Below, in pieces: positions 45,909 to 55,034 of a stretch of DNA of 64,000 bases. Under the pieces are notes generated by a model. That model was not told the DNA's origin. It did not search any database and was given only the letters and a program-made list of their open reading frames with translations. This stretch comes from Dehalococcoidia bacterium (lineage in GTDB: Bacteria; Chloroflexota; Dehalococcoidia; Lucifugimonadales; UBA3495). The DNA is taken from the NCBI GenBank assembly GCA_965215425.1, contig OZ244064.1, forward strand, positions 2,362,319-2,426,318. The letters are read 5' to 3'. The position numbers and the translations under genes are program-made. How positions within the stretch are numbered: the stretch's first letter is position 1; each line of letters opens with the position of its first letter.

Positions 45909-45937
45909 TTGACAAGTGCTTGTGCCTTTATTAGGAT
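45909..45937 (+). promoter_or_regulatory. groESL promoter
   Basis: TTGACA (45909-45914), 17 nt, TAGGAT (45932-45937), immediately followed by CIRCE. Confidence 0.65.
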
Positions 45938-45940
45938 GAA

Positions 45941-45967
45941 TTGGCACCCTCCTGGCGAGAGTGCTAG
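45941..45967 (+). promoter_or_regulatory. CIRCE operator (HrcA binding site)
   Basis: TTGGCACCC-N9-GAGTGCTAG versus the consensus TTAGCACTC-N9-GAGTGCTAA. Confidence 0.8.
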
Positions 45968-46009
45968 TTTGGTGTGTAAAATACAGAAGACCAGGAAAGG
46001 AGGAAATAA

Positions 46010-46309
46010 GTGGTAACCAAGACTACATTTGCTCCGCTGGGAGAGCGGATAATCATCAAACCCATCGAACAGGAGCAGACCACGCGTGGCGGGATTTACC
46101 TGCCGGATACCGCCAAGGAAAAGCCCCAGGAAGGCGAAGTTATCGCCGTTGGTCCCGGCCGGGCTACGGATGATGGCAGCCGGATTCCGATGGAATTGAG
46201 CGTGGGCGACCGTGTCATCTACTCCAAGTTCGCCGGCACCGAGTACAAGGACGGGGAAGACGAGTACCTGATTATGCGGGAGAGCGACGTTCTGGCCAAG
46301 ATTTCCTGA
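46010..46309 (+). CDS. groES: co-chaperonin GroES
   Basis: GTG start after [50 protein letters not shown]. Confidence 0.95.
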   Translation: MVTKTTFAPLGERIIIKPIEQEQTTRGGIYLPDTAKEKPQEGEVIAVGPGRATDDGSRIPMELSVGDRVIYSKFAGTEYKDGEDEYLIMRESDVLAKIS

Positions 46310-46411
46310 GCCGCCCCGGCTCGCCCGAACAAGCCTGTCCCGCGGCCCGCTGCTTAAGGGCAGCCGACCCAGGAAAGCTAAACAGTATAGATTCACATCA
46401 GGAGGATTAGG

Positions 46412-48031
46412 ATGCCCCCAAAGAAAATGGCTTACTCGGAAGAGGCTCGAAAGACTCTTCGTGTAGGCATAGACACCCTGGCCGAGTCCGTCAAGGTTAC
46501 CCTGGGGCCCAGGGGCCGCAACGTGGTTCTGGACAAGAAGTTTGGCCCACCCCTGGTTTGCAGCGACGGCGTCACCATTGCCAAGGAAATTGAACTCCCC
46601 GACGCCTTCGAGAACATGGGCGCCCAGCTGCTCAAAGAGGCCGCTACCAAGACTAACGATGCCGCCGGCGACGGCACCACCACCTCTATCGTGCTGGCCC
46701 AGAGCTTGATCAACGAAGGGTTCAAGAACGTTACCGCCGGCAGCAACCCCATGGCCATCAAACGCGGCATTGAGCAGGCCGTAGCTTCCGTGGTCGAGGA
46801 GTTGCGTACGATGGCCCAGACCGTGGAAACCCGGGACCGCATCAGCCAGGTTGCCAGCCTCTCCGCCCATGAAGAAGCCATCGGCGAGACCATTGCCGAG
46901 GCCATGGAAAAAGTGGGCAAGGACGGCGTGATCACGGTGGAAGAGTCCAAGGGTCTTTCGGACGAGATTGAATACGTCGAGGGGATGCAGGTTGACCGTG
47001 GTTACATCTCGCCCTACTTCATCACCAACTCGGACCGGATGGAAGCGGTGATCGAAGATGCTTCCCTAATCATCACCGATAAAAAGGTCTCCGCCGTTGC
47101 CGAATTGCTCCCGGCCCTGGAAAAGCTGCTGCAAATTGGCAAAAAGAACGTAGTAGTCATCGCTGAGGATGTGGACGGGGAAGCGCTGGCTACCCTGGTG
47201 GTGAACAAGCTGCGGGGCACCCTGAACATCCTGGCGGTCAAGGCCCCCGGTTTTGGCGACCGGCGCAAGGCCATGCTGGAAGACATCGCCATCCTGACCG
47301 GCGGTACGGTAATCAGCGAGGAAACCGGTCGCAAGCTGGATGCAGCGGTTATCGAGGACTTCGGTCAGGCCCGCCGGGTGAGCTCCACCAAGGACGAGAC
47401 CACCATCGTGGAGGGTCGCGGTTCCGAGTCGGACATCCAGGCCCGCATCAACCAGATTAAGACCCAGATTGAAGAGACCACTTCCGAGTTCGACCGGGAA
47501 AAGCTGCAAGAGCGCATGGCCAAGCTCTCCGGTGGCGTGGCCGTGATCAAGGTCGGCGCCGCCACTGAGATTGAGTTGAAGGAACGCAAGGCCCGGGTCG
47601 AAGACGCCCTTTCCGCCACCCGTTCCGCCGTGGAAGAGGGCATCGTCCCCGGGGGTGGCGTTGCCTTGGTCCGCGCCCAGCGGGCCCTGGATAGCGTTGG
47701 CGGCCTGACCGATGATGAGACCATTGGCGTCAACATCATCCGCCGTTCCCTGGAACAGCCCTTGAAGCTCATCGTGGAAAACGCCGGCTCCGAAGGTGCC
47801 GTGGTGTTGAACCAGGTCAAACAGCAGGCCGACGACTACGGTTATGACGCCGACATCGGGGAGTACGGCCCGATGATGGAGCGCGGTATCGTTGACCCGG
47901 TAAAGGTTACCCGCTATGCGTTGCAGAACGCCGCCAGCGTCGCCGCTATGGTGCTGACCACCGAGTCCATGATTACCGAGATTCCCGAAGATAAGGCCGC
48001 CGCGCCCGCTATGCCACCGATGGACTATTAG
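46412..48031 (+). CDS. groEL: chaperonin GroEL
   Basis: [33 protein letters not shown]...AAGDGTTTS... Confidence 0.95.
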   Translation: MPPKKMAYSEEARKTLRVGIDTLAESVKVTLGPRGRNVVLDKKFGPPLVCSDGVTIAKEIELPDAFENMGAQLLKEAATKTNDAAGDGTTTSIVLAQSLINEGFKNVTAGSNPMAIKRGIEQAVASVVEELRTMAQTVETRDRISQVASLSAHEEAIGETIAEAMEKVGKDGVITVEESKGLSDEIEYVEGMQVDRGYISPYFITNSDRMEAVIEDASLIITDKKVSAVAELLPALEKLLQIGKKNVVVIAEDVDGEALATLVVNKLRGTLNILAVKAPGFGDRRKAMLEDIAILTGGTVISEETGRKLDAAVIEDFGQARRVSSTKDETTIVEGRGSESDIQARINQIKTQIEETTSEFDREKLQERMAKLSGGVAVIKVGAATEIELKERKARVEDALSATRSAVEEGIVPGGGVALVRAQRALDSVGGLTDDETIGVNIIRRSLEQPLKLIVENAGSEGAVVLNQVKQQADDYGYDADIGEYGPMMERGIVDPVKVTRYALQNAASVAAMVLTTESMITEIPEDKAAAPAMPPMDY

Positions 48032-48068
48032 CCGGGTAAGGCGCCTGCCCACAACCCCGAACCTGGTT

Positions 48069-48100
48069 ACCGCCCCGAGCAATCGGGGCGGTTTCTTTTT
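48069..48100 (+). terminator. intrinsic terminator after groEL
   Basis: ACCGCCCCGA, loop gcaa, TCGGGGCGGT, then TTCTTTTT. Confidence 0.85.
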
Positions 48101-48255
48101 CCAGGCGACGAACAAACGCGTATAGCATTGTCTCTAATCGCGGCGCAACTCCGCTCCGCGGCATCGCTGCGGCAAAACCGATTCCTGGAATGACGTTCGC
48201 CCGGATTGCTGGTAAAATAACCCAAAAATTCGGGGAAAATCGGGGAGAAGGTGTC

Positions 48256-48939
48256 TTGGCCCAGGAAAAGGTGTACGCATCGCCGGAAACTGCGCTGGCC
48301 GACGTCTTTGAAGGGGCGGTAATCCTGGTATCCGGGTTTGCCGGTTGCGGGGTTCCCGTCCGGCTGCTCCGGGGCTTGGCGGATTGCGGCGTCGGTGAGC
48401 TTACCTGTATCTTTTCCCATGACGTTCCGTCCGGCGCGGCGACCGCCCTGACCGGCGTTGCTCAACTGGTAGCCAATGGACAGATCCGCCGGCTCATTTC
48501 ACCGCTGCCCTTTGTTCCCGGCGCTGGTGGAGTTGTCGCAGAACGCTGGCAGGCCGGTGCATTGGAAATAGAGGTCGTTCCCCAGGGAATCCTGGCAGAG
48601 CGGCTGCGGGCCGGCGGCGCCGGGCTGGGTGGTGTTTTCCTGCCTACCGGCGTAGGCACCCGATTTGAAATAGGTCGGGAGAAGCGCTCCTTTCCCGGGG
48701 GGGAGGCCTTGCTGGAGCCGCCGCTGCAGGCCGACTTTGCGCTGCTGAAGGCGGCGGTAGCCGACACCCTGGGCAGCGTGGTTTACCAGGGAACCGGTCG
48801 CAATTGGGCGCCGGTTATGGCAATGGCGGCTCGCATAACCATCGCCGAGGCGGATCGGATAGTGGCGCCGGGCGGCCTGGACCCGGAGGCGATAATCACC
48901 CCGGGCATTTTTGTTAACCGTATTGTAGCTGCCGCCTGA
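48256..48939 (+). CDS. family I CoA-transferase subunit A (3-oxoacid/glutaconate type), copy 1
   Basis: VILVSGFAGCGVP...VPQGILAERLRAGGAGLGG...TLGSVVYQGTGRNW. TTG 48256 follows GGAGAAGG. Confidence 0.75.
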   Translation: MAQEKVYASPETALADVFEGAVILVSGFAGCGVPVRLLRGLADCGVGELTCIFSHDVPSGAATALTGVAQLVANGQIRRLISPLPFVPGAGGVVAERWQAGALEIEVVPQGILAERLRAGGAGLGGVFLPTGVGTRFEIGREKRSFPGGEALLEPPLQADFALLKAAVADTLGSVVYQGTGRNWAPVMAMAARITIAEADRIVAPGGLDPEAIITPGIFVNRIVAAA

Positions 48940-48983
48940 CCCGTTTGGTCGGGGCGCGGTGAATTAAGGGGAACAGAAGGACT

Positions 48984-50513
48984 ATGCCGGAAAGACTGGA
49001 TGAACTGGCAATGGCCCGCCGGGTTGCTGCGGAACTGCGGCCGGGTCAGGTGGTTGCCTTGGGGACGGGGTTACCCGGACGGGTGCCCGCCGCAATGCCC
49101 CATGGGGCGCCGGTGCAGTTTTTGTCCGAAAGCGGCGCCCTGGGTTATGCAAGTCCGAGCGGTGCAAGCAGGATAGCCCGCGCTGGTGGGTTCTCAGCCG
49201 AAAGCGGCGCCCCGGGTTATGCAAGTTCTGGGGAGCCGGACCTTCAGGAAAGGGGGGCATTGGTAGATTCCGACGGCAGCCCGGCGGCATTAAGCCCCGG
49301 CGCTTCCCTGCTCGGCCTGGTTGACCTGGCCGGGATGCTGCGCGGCGGTCAGGTGGATGTTGCGGTAGTTCAGCCGGCGCAGGTCAGCGCCAGGGGCGAT
49401 TTCATCAGCTGGACTACGGCGGCAACGCCGGGAGTTTTCGCCCCCGGCGCCGCAGTGGATTTGGCGACGGGCGCGCAAAGGGTGATTGCCATGTTGCCTC
49501 ATACCGGCTCCGGTGGAACCCAGGGGACCCGTAACGAAACCCGCAATGGTGGAACCCGCAACCTGGTCGCCGATTCCTCACCCCTGGTCGATGGCCGGAG
49601 TTGCGTAAATCTTATCGTAACGGACGTGGCGGCGCTCCGTGTTACGGAGCAGGGTCTGGAACTGGCCGAGGTGGCTCCAGGCTGGACGGCTGACGACGTA
49701 GCCGCCATAACTGACGCTCCACTGGCCCTGGCGCCGGATCTACGGGAAATGACTCTGGCCTGGAATGATACCCTCCCAACTCCGGCCAGCAAGGTTTACT
49801 CCGACGGCCCGGCGGCGATCCGCGACTTGCCCGAGGGCGCAACGGTGATGATTGATGGTTTTGGCGGCCCCGGCGGTATGGCGCATTACCTGCTGGTATC
49901 CCTGCGGAATCGGGGAACCGGCAACCTGACGATCATCAGCAACACGGCCGGCATCGCCCGCTCGGTCAATTTTGGCACTCCGCCGGGCCGGCTGGCTATT
50001 GACCATTCCATCCTGATTGACAACCGGCAGGTAGCCAAGGCTATTGCCACCTATCCCGTTTCTCCCTCCGCATCCCGCCCCAGTTCCTTTGAGCTGGCCT
50101 ACCGTCGCGGGGAGGTGGAGTTGGAATTGGTGCCGCAAGGGACTCTGGCGGAGCGGCTGCGGGCCGGCGGCGCCGGTATCGCCGCCTTCTACACCCCCAC
50201 CGGGGTGGGCACCCTGATTGCCGAGGGCAAGGAGACCCGAACCATCGACGGCAAAGAGTATATCCTGGAGGAGGGCCTGCGGGCCGATTTTTGCCTGATA
50301 CGGGGATATAAGGCGGATACGCTGGGCAACGTGGTTTACAAGGGAACCTCCCGTAATTTCAATGCAGTGATGGCCCCGGCCGCCCGGGTCACTGTGGTAG
50401 AGGTTGACCAAATTGTGGCGCCGGGCGAGCTGGACCCGGAGTTGATTGTTACCCCCGGCATCTACGTTGACCGGATAGTTAAGCGGCCGGAAGGCTTTTC
50501 CCCTTACGAATAG
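48984..50513 (+). CDS. fused CoA-transferase: subunit-B-like N-terminal half plus subunit-A-like C-terminal half
   Basis: The N-terminal half parallels the downstream B gene (RRVAAELRPGQVVALGTGLP...SESG...VSARGDF...NLIVTDVAALRV...VAPGW). The C-terminal half parallels the upstream A gene (VMIDGFGGPGG...VPQGTLAERLRAGGAGIAAFYTPTGVGT...TLGNVVYKGTSRNFN). Confidence 0.75.
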   Translation: MPERLDELAMARRVAAELRPGQVVALGTGLPGRVPAAMPHGAPVQFLSESGALGYASPSGASRIARAGGFSAESGAPGYASSGEPDLQERGALVDSDGSPAALSPGASLLGLVDLAGMLRGGQVDVAVVQPAQVSARGDFISWTTAATPGVFAPGAAVDLATGAQRVIAMLPHTGSGGTQGTRNETRNGGTRNLVADSSPLVDGRSCVNLIVTDVAALRVTEQGLELAEVAPGWTADDVAAITDAPLALAPDLREMTLAWNDTLPTPASKVYSDGPAAIRDLPEGATVMIDGFGGPGGMAHYLLVSLRNRGTGNLTIISNTAGIARSVNFGTPPGRLAIDHSILIDNRQVAKAIATYPVSPSASRPSSFELAYRRGEVELELVPQGTLAERLRAGGAGIAAFYTPTGVGTLIAEGKETRTIDGKEYILEEGLRADFCLIRGYKADTLGNVVYKGTSRNFNAVMAPAARVTVVEVDQIVAPGELDPELIVTPGIYVDRIVKRPEGFSPYE

Positions 50514-50550
50514 GCGGCCTCCGGCAAGCCGGAGGAGAAAGGCAGTATAT

Positions 50551-51222
50551 ATGGTTGCGGAAAAGGAACGGCTGGAGCGGGAAGTGGTTGCTATGCGGGT
50601 GGCTAAAGAACTGCCCGATGGCGGCTACGTCAACCTGGGCATCGGCATACCAACCCTGGTTTCCAACTTTATCGCTGCTGAGAGCGTTATCTTTTACCAC
50701 AGCGAGAGCGGGGTGCTGAACTGCGGCCCCCTGGCCGAGGAGGAAGCGCAGGACATTGATCTGATTAACGCCGGCGGCCAGTTTCTGCAACAGGTTCCCG
50801 GCATGGCTTTTTTCAACACGGTGGACGGCTTTGCCATGATTCGGGGCGGCCACGTGGATATTACCGTCCTGGGCGCCCACCAGGTTTCGGCCCGGGGCGA
50901 CCTGGCGAACTGGATGCTGCCGGAGCGGGGCGTCGGCAACATTGGCGGGGCGATGGACCTGGCCGCCGGCGCCAGGCGGGTCATCGTGGCGATGGAGCAT
51001 ACCGACCGGCAGAACCGTCCCAAGATTGTGGCGGACTGCGCCTATCCCATCACCGGCAAAGGCTGCGTCTCCCTGATCGTTACCGACCTGGCGGTTATGG
51101 AACCAACCCCGGAGGGTCTGGTCCTGAAAGAGGTGGCGCCGGGCTGGTCTGCGGAAGAGGTTCAGGAACTAACCGGCGCCCAATTGATTATTTCGCCGGA
51201 CCTGAAGGAGTATGAGCTTTAG
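50551..51222 (+). CDS. family I CoA-transferase subunit B, copy 2
   Basis: YVNLGIGIPTLV...HSESGVL...VSARGDLANW...GGAMDL...SLIVTDLAVM. Confidence 0.8.
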   Translation: MVAEKERLEREVVAMRVAKELPDGGYVNLGIGIPTLVSNFIAAESVIFYHSESGVLNCGPLAEEEAQDIDLINAGGQFLQQVPGMAFFNTVDGFAMIRGGHVDITVLGAHQVSARGDLANWMLPERGVGNIGGAMDLAAGARRVIVAMEHTDRQNRPKIVADCAYPITGKGCVSLIVTDLAVMEPTPEGLVLKEVAPGWSAEEVQELTGAQLIISPDLKEYEL

Positions 51223-51426
51223 TCTGAAGCCCTATTCCTGTCCCTGGCGGCGCAATCCTCCTGGCCGGCCGGCCCCGCCGCTCCGGTTTGGCGGTTTCGT
51301 TTATTTAGTATTCAGTAGCTCAGATGCGCACAGTCCTATCGGGCTAAACCCTATTTCAAGCGGAACCGGTTTGACTTACCGCCTGCTCCGTGCTAAAGTT
51401 TCTCCATCAGCTGAATAGGAAATGTT

Positions 51427-51530
51427 CTGGCGGGAGCTTGGGCAAGCCAGGCTGAGAGGGTAGCCGAGAGTCGCTACCGACCGTCTGTACCTGATCCGGG
51501 TAATGCCGGCGCAGGGACAAGACGCCGGAC
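51427..51530 (+). promoter_or_regulatory. TPP (THI-box) riboswitch
   Basis: GGCGGGAGC...GCTGAGAGGG...ACCTGATCCGGGTAATGCCGGCGCAGGGA matches the THI element core. Confidence 0.85.
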
Positions 51531-51535
51531 TTCGT

Positions 51536-51575
51536 GCAACCGCCAGGTAAACCGATGGTGGTTGCCTTTTATTTT
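51536..51575 (+). terminator. riboswitch-controlled intrinsic terminator
   Basis: GCAACCGCCA, 10-nt loop, TGGTGGTTGC, then CTTTTATTTT. Confidence 0.75.
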
Positions 51576-51598
51576 GGGCAGGAAAAGGAGCAGCAGCG

Positions 51599-52390
51599 AT
51601 GTCGGATGACTTGGTAATCGGGGGAAAGCACTTCAACTCTCGTCTGATTGTTGGCACCGGACGATACCGCACCAACGAGGACATGGTGGAGGCAATCGCG
51701 GCCTCCGGCACTGAGATGGTCACCGTGGCGATTCGACGCCTCAATCTGGAAGACCCGACGGAAAAGACCATCCTCGACTATATTGACTGGACCCGCTATA
51801 ACATCCTGCCCAACACCGCCGGCTGCGCCACGGTGGAGGAGGCTCTGTTCGTGGCCCGACTGGGGCGGGAGGTAGCCAGGACCGACTTTGTAAAGCTGGA
51901 AGTCATCCCCGACCCCAAGTACCTTTTCCCGGATCCGGCGGCTACCCTGGAAGCGGCGAAACTTCTGGTTGCCGAAGGGTTTGTCGTTCTGCCCTACATC
52001 CACGCCGACCCGGTGCTGGCGCGGCGGCTGGAGGAGGCCGGGTGCGCCACCGTAATGCCCCTGGGTTCCGCCATCGGCTCGGGGCAGGGGATCCATACGG
52101 TGGAAGAGGTGCGCATTATTATCGAGCAGGCCAACGTGCCGGTGGTGGTGGACGCCGGCCTGGCGGTTCCCTCCGACGCTGCCAAGGCGCTGGAAATGGG
52201 AGCCGCGGCGGTGCTGGTAAATACGGCCATTGCCCAGGCCGCGGAGCCGGCGCTGATGGCCGATGCTTTCCGGCTGGGCGTCGCGGCGGGGCGCAAGGCT
52301 TACCTGTCCGGTAGAATACCGGTGCGGGCCTACGCCGCCGCCAGCAGTCCCACCGCCGACGTGCCGCAACCGGCCGCGGCCCGTAGTTAG
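51599..52390 (+). CDS. thiG: thiazole synthase
   Basis: [16 protein letters not shown]...ILPNTAGC...KLEVIPD...[14 protein letters not shown]. Confidence 0.95.
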   Translation: MSDDLVIGGKHFNSRLIVGTGRYRTNEDMVEAIAASGTEMVTVAIRRLNLEDPTEKTILDYIDWTRYNILPNTAGCATVEEALFVARLGREVARTDFVKLEVIPDPKYLFPDPAATLEAAKLLVAEGFVVLPYIHADPVLARRLEEAGCATVMPLGSAIGSGQGIHTVEEVRIIIEQANVPVVVDAGLAVPSDAAKALEMGAAAVLVNTAIAQAAEPALMADAFRLGVAAGRKAYLSGRIPVRAYAAASSPTADVPQPAAARS

Positions 52391-52393
52391 GCC

Positions 52394-53023
52394 ATGCTGG
52401 GCCGGTTGCCTGTCCCCTGTCTATGCCTGGTGACGGACCGGCGGGTTGGCGCTGAAGCTACGCTGGTTTCCAGGGTCGCCGAGGCGGTGGCCGGCGGGGT
52501 TGACCTGGTTCAGCTCCGGGAAAGGGACTTGCCCGGCGGCCAGTTGCTGACGTTGGCCGCTGCCCTGCGGGATGCTATTGGCGAGGCCGCGCTGTTGGTA
52601 GTGAATGAGCGGGTGGACGTAGCCGCCGCCTTGCCCGCCGGCGGGGTACAGTTGGGCGAGGAGGCGATACCGGTGTCCGCCGCCCGCCAAATCCTGGGAG
52701 CGGATGCCTTAATCGGGCGCTCCGTTCATTCGGTAGCCGGGGCCGTAGCGGCGGCGCAAGCCGGGGCCGACTTTCTGGTGGCCGGCACGATGTACGCCAG
52801 CCGCTCCCATTTGGGGGAGGAGCCGGCCGGGCCGGAGTTGATCCGACGGATTGTCTCCCAAGTCGCCCGACCAGTCATTGGAATCGGAGGAATTAACGTC
52901 GAAAATGCCCCGGCAGTGCTGTCCGCCGGAGCCGTCGGGGTGGCGGTTGTCACCGGCATTCTGGCCGACCCTTGTCCCGGAGAGGCGGCCCGCCGGCTGA
53001 AAGACGCAATCCGCCAGTCCTGA
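52394..53023 (+). CDS. thiE: thiamine-phosphate synthase
   Basis: LCLVTDRR...VDLVQLRERDL...VNERVDVA...IGRSVHS...IGIGGIN. Confidence 0.85.
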   Translation: MLGRLPVPCLCLVTDRRVGAEATLVSRVAEAVAGGVDLVQLRERDLPGGQLLTLAAALRDAIGEAALLVVNERVDVAAALPAGGVQLGEEAIPVSAARQILGADALIGRSVHSVAGAVAAAQAGADFLVAGTMYASRSHLGEEPAGPELIRRIVSQVARPVIGIGGINVENAPAVLSAGAVGVAVVTGILADPCPGEAARRLKDAIRQS

Positions 53024-53068
53024 GCCGGTTTAAGGACGAAAGTGGGGTTGCCGGGAGGTGTTGCTGCA

Positions 53069-53272
53069 ATGATTAACCTGATGGTGAACGGTAAAGCCAG
53101 GGAGGTGGCTGAGGCAACTAACCTGGAGTCTTATCTGAAATCTTTCGGCCTGAACCTGCAATTTGTGGCCGTCGGGTATAACGGCGAAGTCATCAAGAAA
53201 GAAGCCTTCTCCCAGGTAGTGCTCCGGGATGGAGACAGTCTGGAGATTGTCCGGCCGGTGGGTGGCGGGTGA
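53069..53272 (+). CDS. thiS: sulfur-carrier protein ThiS
   Basis: MINLMVNGKAREV...VAVGYNGEVI...LEIVRPVGGG ends in Gly-Gly. ATG 53069 follows GGGAGG. Confidence 0.85.
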   Translation: MINLMVNGKAREVAEATNLESYLKSFGLNLQFVAVGYNGEVIKKEAFSQVVLRDGDSLEIVRPVGGG

Positions 53273-53505
53273 GTTTCTCCCCGGAAAGCCTGGATCCCCT
53301 GTTGCTTTCCCTGCTGCGGACCAACCGGGAGCAGGTGGCGGGCTGGATTCGGGACGAGCCGGGTAGTTGGGGCTTTCTGGCCGGGAAGGCCGTTGTGGCC
53401 TGCCGGGAACAGGCGGGCCGTCCGTTAACCGACCCGGAAAGACGCTTGGTCTGGCATCGCCTCTGGCAGCTGTTGTCCCAACTCAGGGAACAAACTATCG
53501 AGTAG
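53269..53505 (+). CDS. small GatB/YqeY-domain-like protein
   Basis: GTG overlaps the thiS stop. NREQVAGWIRDEPGSWGFLAGKAVVACREQAGRPL resembles the YqeY/GatB C-terminal pattern (by eye). Confidence 0.45.
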   Translation: MSFSPESLDPLLLSLLRTNREQVAGWIRDEPGSWGFLAGKAVVACREQAGRPLTDPERRLVWHRLWQLLSQLREQTIE

Positions 53506-53538
53506 TCCGGAGCAGCAGGTTTGGGGGCGGCGCAGCGG

Positions 53539-53562
53539 GGGCGATGCCAGCATCGCCCTTTT
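53539..53562 (+). terminator. intrinsic terminator ending the thi operon
   Basis: GGGCGATG, loop ccag, CATCGCCC, then TTTT. Confidence 0.7.
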
Positions 53563-53599
53563 CCGGTCTCCTGGCATATCCTTATCGGGTAGGCAAAGC

Positions 53600-54784
53600 A
53601 TGCTTACATCTGCGACCAGAATCTGGCATGACCTGCATTTCCGCCACACCGAGCCGGAGAGTCATCCGAAGATGTGGCGGCCTTTTATGGAGATTGACCC
53701 TTTCAATCCCGGCAATAAGATGACCGGTTACATCCAGATTGTTGGCGGCGACGAGTACGGAGCGTTGGCAATTACCCACCTGAACGACCGGCCGGCGCCC
53801 CAGTTTATCAAGGTTACGCCCAAAGCCGCCTACCCTTTTCACAAGGACGGCTCCTGGGTGCTGTACCAGGCACAGGACGTTCAAGCCTACCTGAAACTGG
53901 ACGGCACTAACGTTTGCCAGTACGGGTATCAGGATGCTGATGGCCGGTCCTTCACTACTTTCAAGCTGCGGACCCGGCCCTTTATGTCTCCCTACTTCCA
54001 TAACCTGTTGGAACGGGCGCTGGAACGCTATCCGGTGGTGCGCCGGCGCCAATTGCAGCCCGGTCAGGCAGTGGCTTACGAACTTTATGGCTACGAAAAT
54101 CGGATGCTGATTCGCTATGCGGAGCCTATTGACCTGGCCCTGCTCTTTGGCCGGGATGAGCCGGGCGATATTGTGGCGCCGCAGGACAACCATCCCTTGT
54201 TTGCAGCGCTGGACTGTCCGGTAGCCGAGCGCCGTCCCATCAGCCGGAGCCACGATCTGTCCGAAGCCTACCGGCAAAGACAGCAGGAAATAAGCTCCCG
54301 CCTGATCCGGCTGGAGGCGGATTACTTTGAGGGCGAGGAAGGGGAGATGCTCTATGTCCGGTTCCCCGACGGGGCGCGGGAGCAGCCGGGAGGCTTTACC
54401 CGGCTCATCAAGTTGAAGCCGCCGGAGATTGAGGAAATCCACTGGGCCAGTGACCACGTGCCTCGGGAGGAAGCGATCGCGGTGGCCCGCAACGTTTTTG
54501 AGGTGTCCGACACCCCCGAGGTAACCGACATGGTGCAATTGCTGGCCGAGGAGTGGAGCGACGACCAGATCGCCCGGTCAATGGATACGATAGAGCGGGC
54601 GCTGGAGGAAGCCAGGGAACGCCGGGCCTTCCAGGAGCAGGTGCTGGCGGTCTATGCCCGACGGCATACCCCCGACGCCTTCCGGTCGGACCGGGCCGGG
54701 GTAATGCGGGAAATGAGCCAACATTTCCCCAAGGCATTGATGTCCAAGGTCTATTCCGTGCTGGTGGAACGGGGGTTTGGCTAA
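53600..54784 (+). CDS. ATP-dependent RNA-ligase-like nucleotidyltransferase
   Basis: Motif I AYLKLDGTN (KxDG), motif IV-like EGEEGEMLYV, motif V-like RLIKLKP. The start is uncertain (ATG 53600, 53672, 53687 or 53720). Confidence 0.6.
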   Translation: MLTSATRIWHDLHFRHTEPESHPKMWRPFMEIDPFNPGNKMTGYIQIVGGDEYGALAITHLNDRPAPQFIKVTPKAAYPFHKDGSWVLYQAQDVQAYLKLDGTNVCQYGYQDADGRSFTTFKLRTRPFMSPYFHNLLERALERYPVVRRRQLQPGQAVAYELYGYENRMLIRYAEPIDLALLFGRDEPGDIVAPQDNHPLFAALDCPVAERRPISRSHDLSEAYRQRQQEISSRLIRLEADYFEGEEGEMLYVRFPDGAREQPGGFTRLIKLKPPEIEEIHWASDHVPREEAIAVARNVFEVSDTPEVTDMVQLLAEEWSDDQIARSMDTIERALEEARERRAFQEQVLAVYARRHTPDAFRSDRAGVMREMSQHFPKALMSKVYSVLVERGFG

Positions 54785-55034
54785 TTTCAGGTTTTTGGCC
54801 GGTTGTTGGCTATCCCGCTACTCCCGGGCCTGAGCGGGTCGAAGATGGGGGATTGGGACGGTCAACCGGCCAGCGTTAGCCGTTTTCTTTCCCTTGGTGG
54901 CAAAGCCCTCAGTGGCGGGTGATTCGACCGGTTCGCCCCGGTCCATCCGCGCCCGGTGGCGGAGAGTACTGGTGCTACCCGTCCTGGTATTGTGCGGCTC
55001 GGGTCCATTCGCGCCCGGTGGCGGATAGACCCGA

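Noticed and set aside
45818-46870. Upstream 350 codons of the 614-aa minus-strand ORF
   Set aside because: This part runs antisense through the groES promoter, CIRCE, groES and the start of groEL. Only the C-terminal ~260 codons are crotonase-like.
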